Positions 39,741 through 40,988 of a DNA stretch of 40,988 nucleotides are shown in pieces. The notes beneath the pieces were generated by a model. It did not search any database, was not told the DNA's origin, and saw only the letters and a list, made by a program, of their open reading frames with translations. The stretch lies in assembly GCA_016872855.1 (NCBI GenBank), contig VGYV01000003.1, positions 1 to 40,988 on the forward strand. Reading direction: 5' to 3'. The first letter of the stretch is position 1; each line of letters opens with the position of its first letter. A program made the translations under genes and the position numbers. This DNA comes from Planctomycetota bacterium (lineage in GTDB: Bacteria > Planctomycetota > PUPC01 > DSUN01).

Positions 39741-40988
39741 TCATTGCTTGGGCTTCTTTGCGGCCTGGTCGTCGAGGAAGCGGCGCACGTCGTCGTCGGA
39801 GTCGGTGCCGTAGACCTCGATCTCGTCGAGGCGCGCGGGGGGCCGACTAGAGTCTATGATGACCACCCGCACCCAGCGGGCGACCACGGGCGCCAGGTCG
39901 AACGCCCTGTGGCCGTGCAGCGCCGGCCCTGTGCAGTTGACGACGCGCTGCCAGGAGGGCGCCGCGGAGTCGGGATTGTACTCGGTGGCGGCGAGGATGT
40001 CGAAGCGCTTCGCCGCGCGGTCGTTGTACAGGATGGTGTGCTCGTTGGTGAGGACTACGCGGCGGATGAGGCGGGCCGCGCCGAGGTCAATCTCGGCCCA
40101 CGACGGCTCGGTCCTGGCGACCCAACTGTGCTTGTTGTTGTAGAGGCCGTCGCGGAGGTGCGCGGTCTGGTAGCGGGGGTCGGCGCCGTCGCGCCAGACG
40201 GATGAGGCGGCGGCCGCTACCCGCGGGAGGAGGGCGAGGTTGGCCCATCCCTCCTTGCTCTGGCGGGGCGCCGGGTCGTCCCAGTCTGCCGCGGCCTCGA
40301 GCTGTGCGCCGGCGGCGGGGTTCGAGGCGAGCCAGGCGGGGTCGAGGCGGCCCGTGATGCGGAACTCCTCGATGGCCGTGGCGGTGAACCAGGCGCCCAG
40401 CCCGAGCGAGCCGGCCGTGTAGTCGCGGTCGTTCGCCTCGATGCAGAACTCGCCGTCCACCCAGACCTTGATAGAGGTGCCGACGCGGAGGATGCGAAAG
40501 GTGTGTGCGACGCCGTCGGGGCACTTGGCCGGCCGGTGCCGCAGGCGGTTCCACCCGTTGTCCTTGAAAATCTTCTGCTCGTAGCTGGCCAGGGACACGC
40601 CATAGTAGTGCTCGCCGGCATTGCAGAAGTTCACGCTGCAATCGCACTCGGGCTGGAAGGCCTTGGTGACGCGCCAGGTGCCGGCGAGCTCGATGTCGCC
40701 GGTGAAGGGGGCGAGGAACATGATGCAGTTGCCGCCCGGTCCGCCGAAGCGCACCTCGCCGTCGGCCATGGACGGCTGCCCGCCGGTGGCGTGACGCCAG
40801 TCCTGCAGTTCGGCGGGGTCGGCGAAATCGTAGCGAAGCTCCACCCGCCCATCGGGCAGGGGCTTGAGCGCGCCGTGGAACGGCCCGCGGACCTCGGGTG
40901 GCGGGGGCGGAGGGTTGGGCTTGGCGGGGGGCGTGGGCCGCGCGACGGTCTCGGTCACGGGCTTCAAGGGCTTGTGCGGCTCGCCATC
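39741..40988 (-). CDS. 5'-partial protein with a concanavalin-like beta-sandwich and a C-terminal F5/8 (discoidin) domain
   Basis: Frame is open to the window edge. Pro-rich linker; HTFRI..IKVWVDG..GSLGL; NLAL..ASS..DG..W..IDLG..RWVRV..EIEVYG. Confidence 0.75.
   Translation of the reverse strand, partial: DGEPHKPLKPVTETVARPTPPAKPNPPPPPPEVRGPFHGALKPLPDGRVELRYDFADPAELQDWRHATGGQPSMADGEVRFGGPGGNCIMFLAPFTGDIELAGTWRVTKAFQPECDCSVNFCNAGEHYYGVSLASYEQKIFKDNGWNRLRHRPAKCPDGVAHTFRILRVGTSIKVWVDGEFCIEANDRDYTAGSLGLGAWFTATAIEEFRITGRLDPAWLASNPAAGAQLEAAADWDDPAPRQSKEGWANLALLPRVAAAASSVWRDGADPRYQTAHLRDGLYNNKHSWVARTEPSWAEIDLGAARLIRRVVLTNEHTILYNDRAAKRFDILAATEYNPDSAAPSWQRVVNCTGPALHGHRAFDLAPVVARWVRVVIIDSSRPPARLDEIEVYGTDSDDDVRRFLDDQAAKKPKQ

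Overview
High-GC bacterial DNA; an uncultured Planctomycetota/PVC-type organism is my guess, not something the sequence shows. Positions 1-28.1 kb are a large surface-polysaccharide synthesis and tailoring locus. It has three GT2s, a GT4, a GT87, five polysaccharide deacetylases, two class I methyltransferases and three acyltransferase types (AT3, GNAT, hexapeptide). It also has an FkbH-ACP-VOC module, an ATP-grasp ligase, two B12-dependent radical SAM paralogs and a SPASM radical SAM. After it come a 1619-aa multidomain membrane protein, a trypsin-like protease, a truncated YkgJ protein, a nucleoside hydrolase, an MDR dehydrogenase, a TPR protein and a REP-associated tyrosine transposase (RAYT) flanked by its own REP doublets. 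The standout feature is that about a dozen unrelated short palindromic repeat families saturate the region: GTAG/GTGG-led REP hairpins, inverted 6/7/8/9/16-nt microsatellite arrays and MITE-like elements. They fill most larger intergenic gaps, supply the stop codon of about nine genes and nest inside each other. At about 22 sites in 12 genes they sit in-frame inside otherwise intact enzymes, adding peptide loops. Only stop-free readings occur inside CDSs, which suggests they are translated. All coordinates and counts were read by eye.
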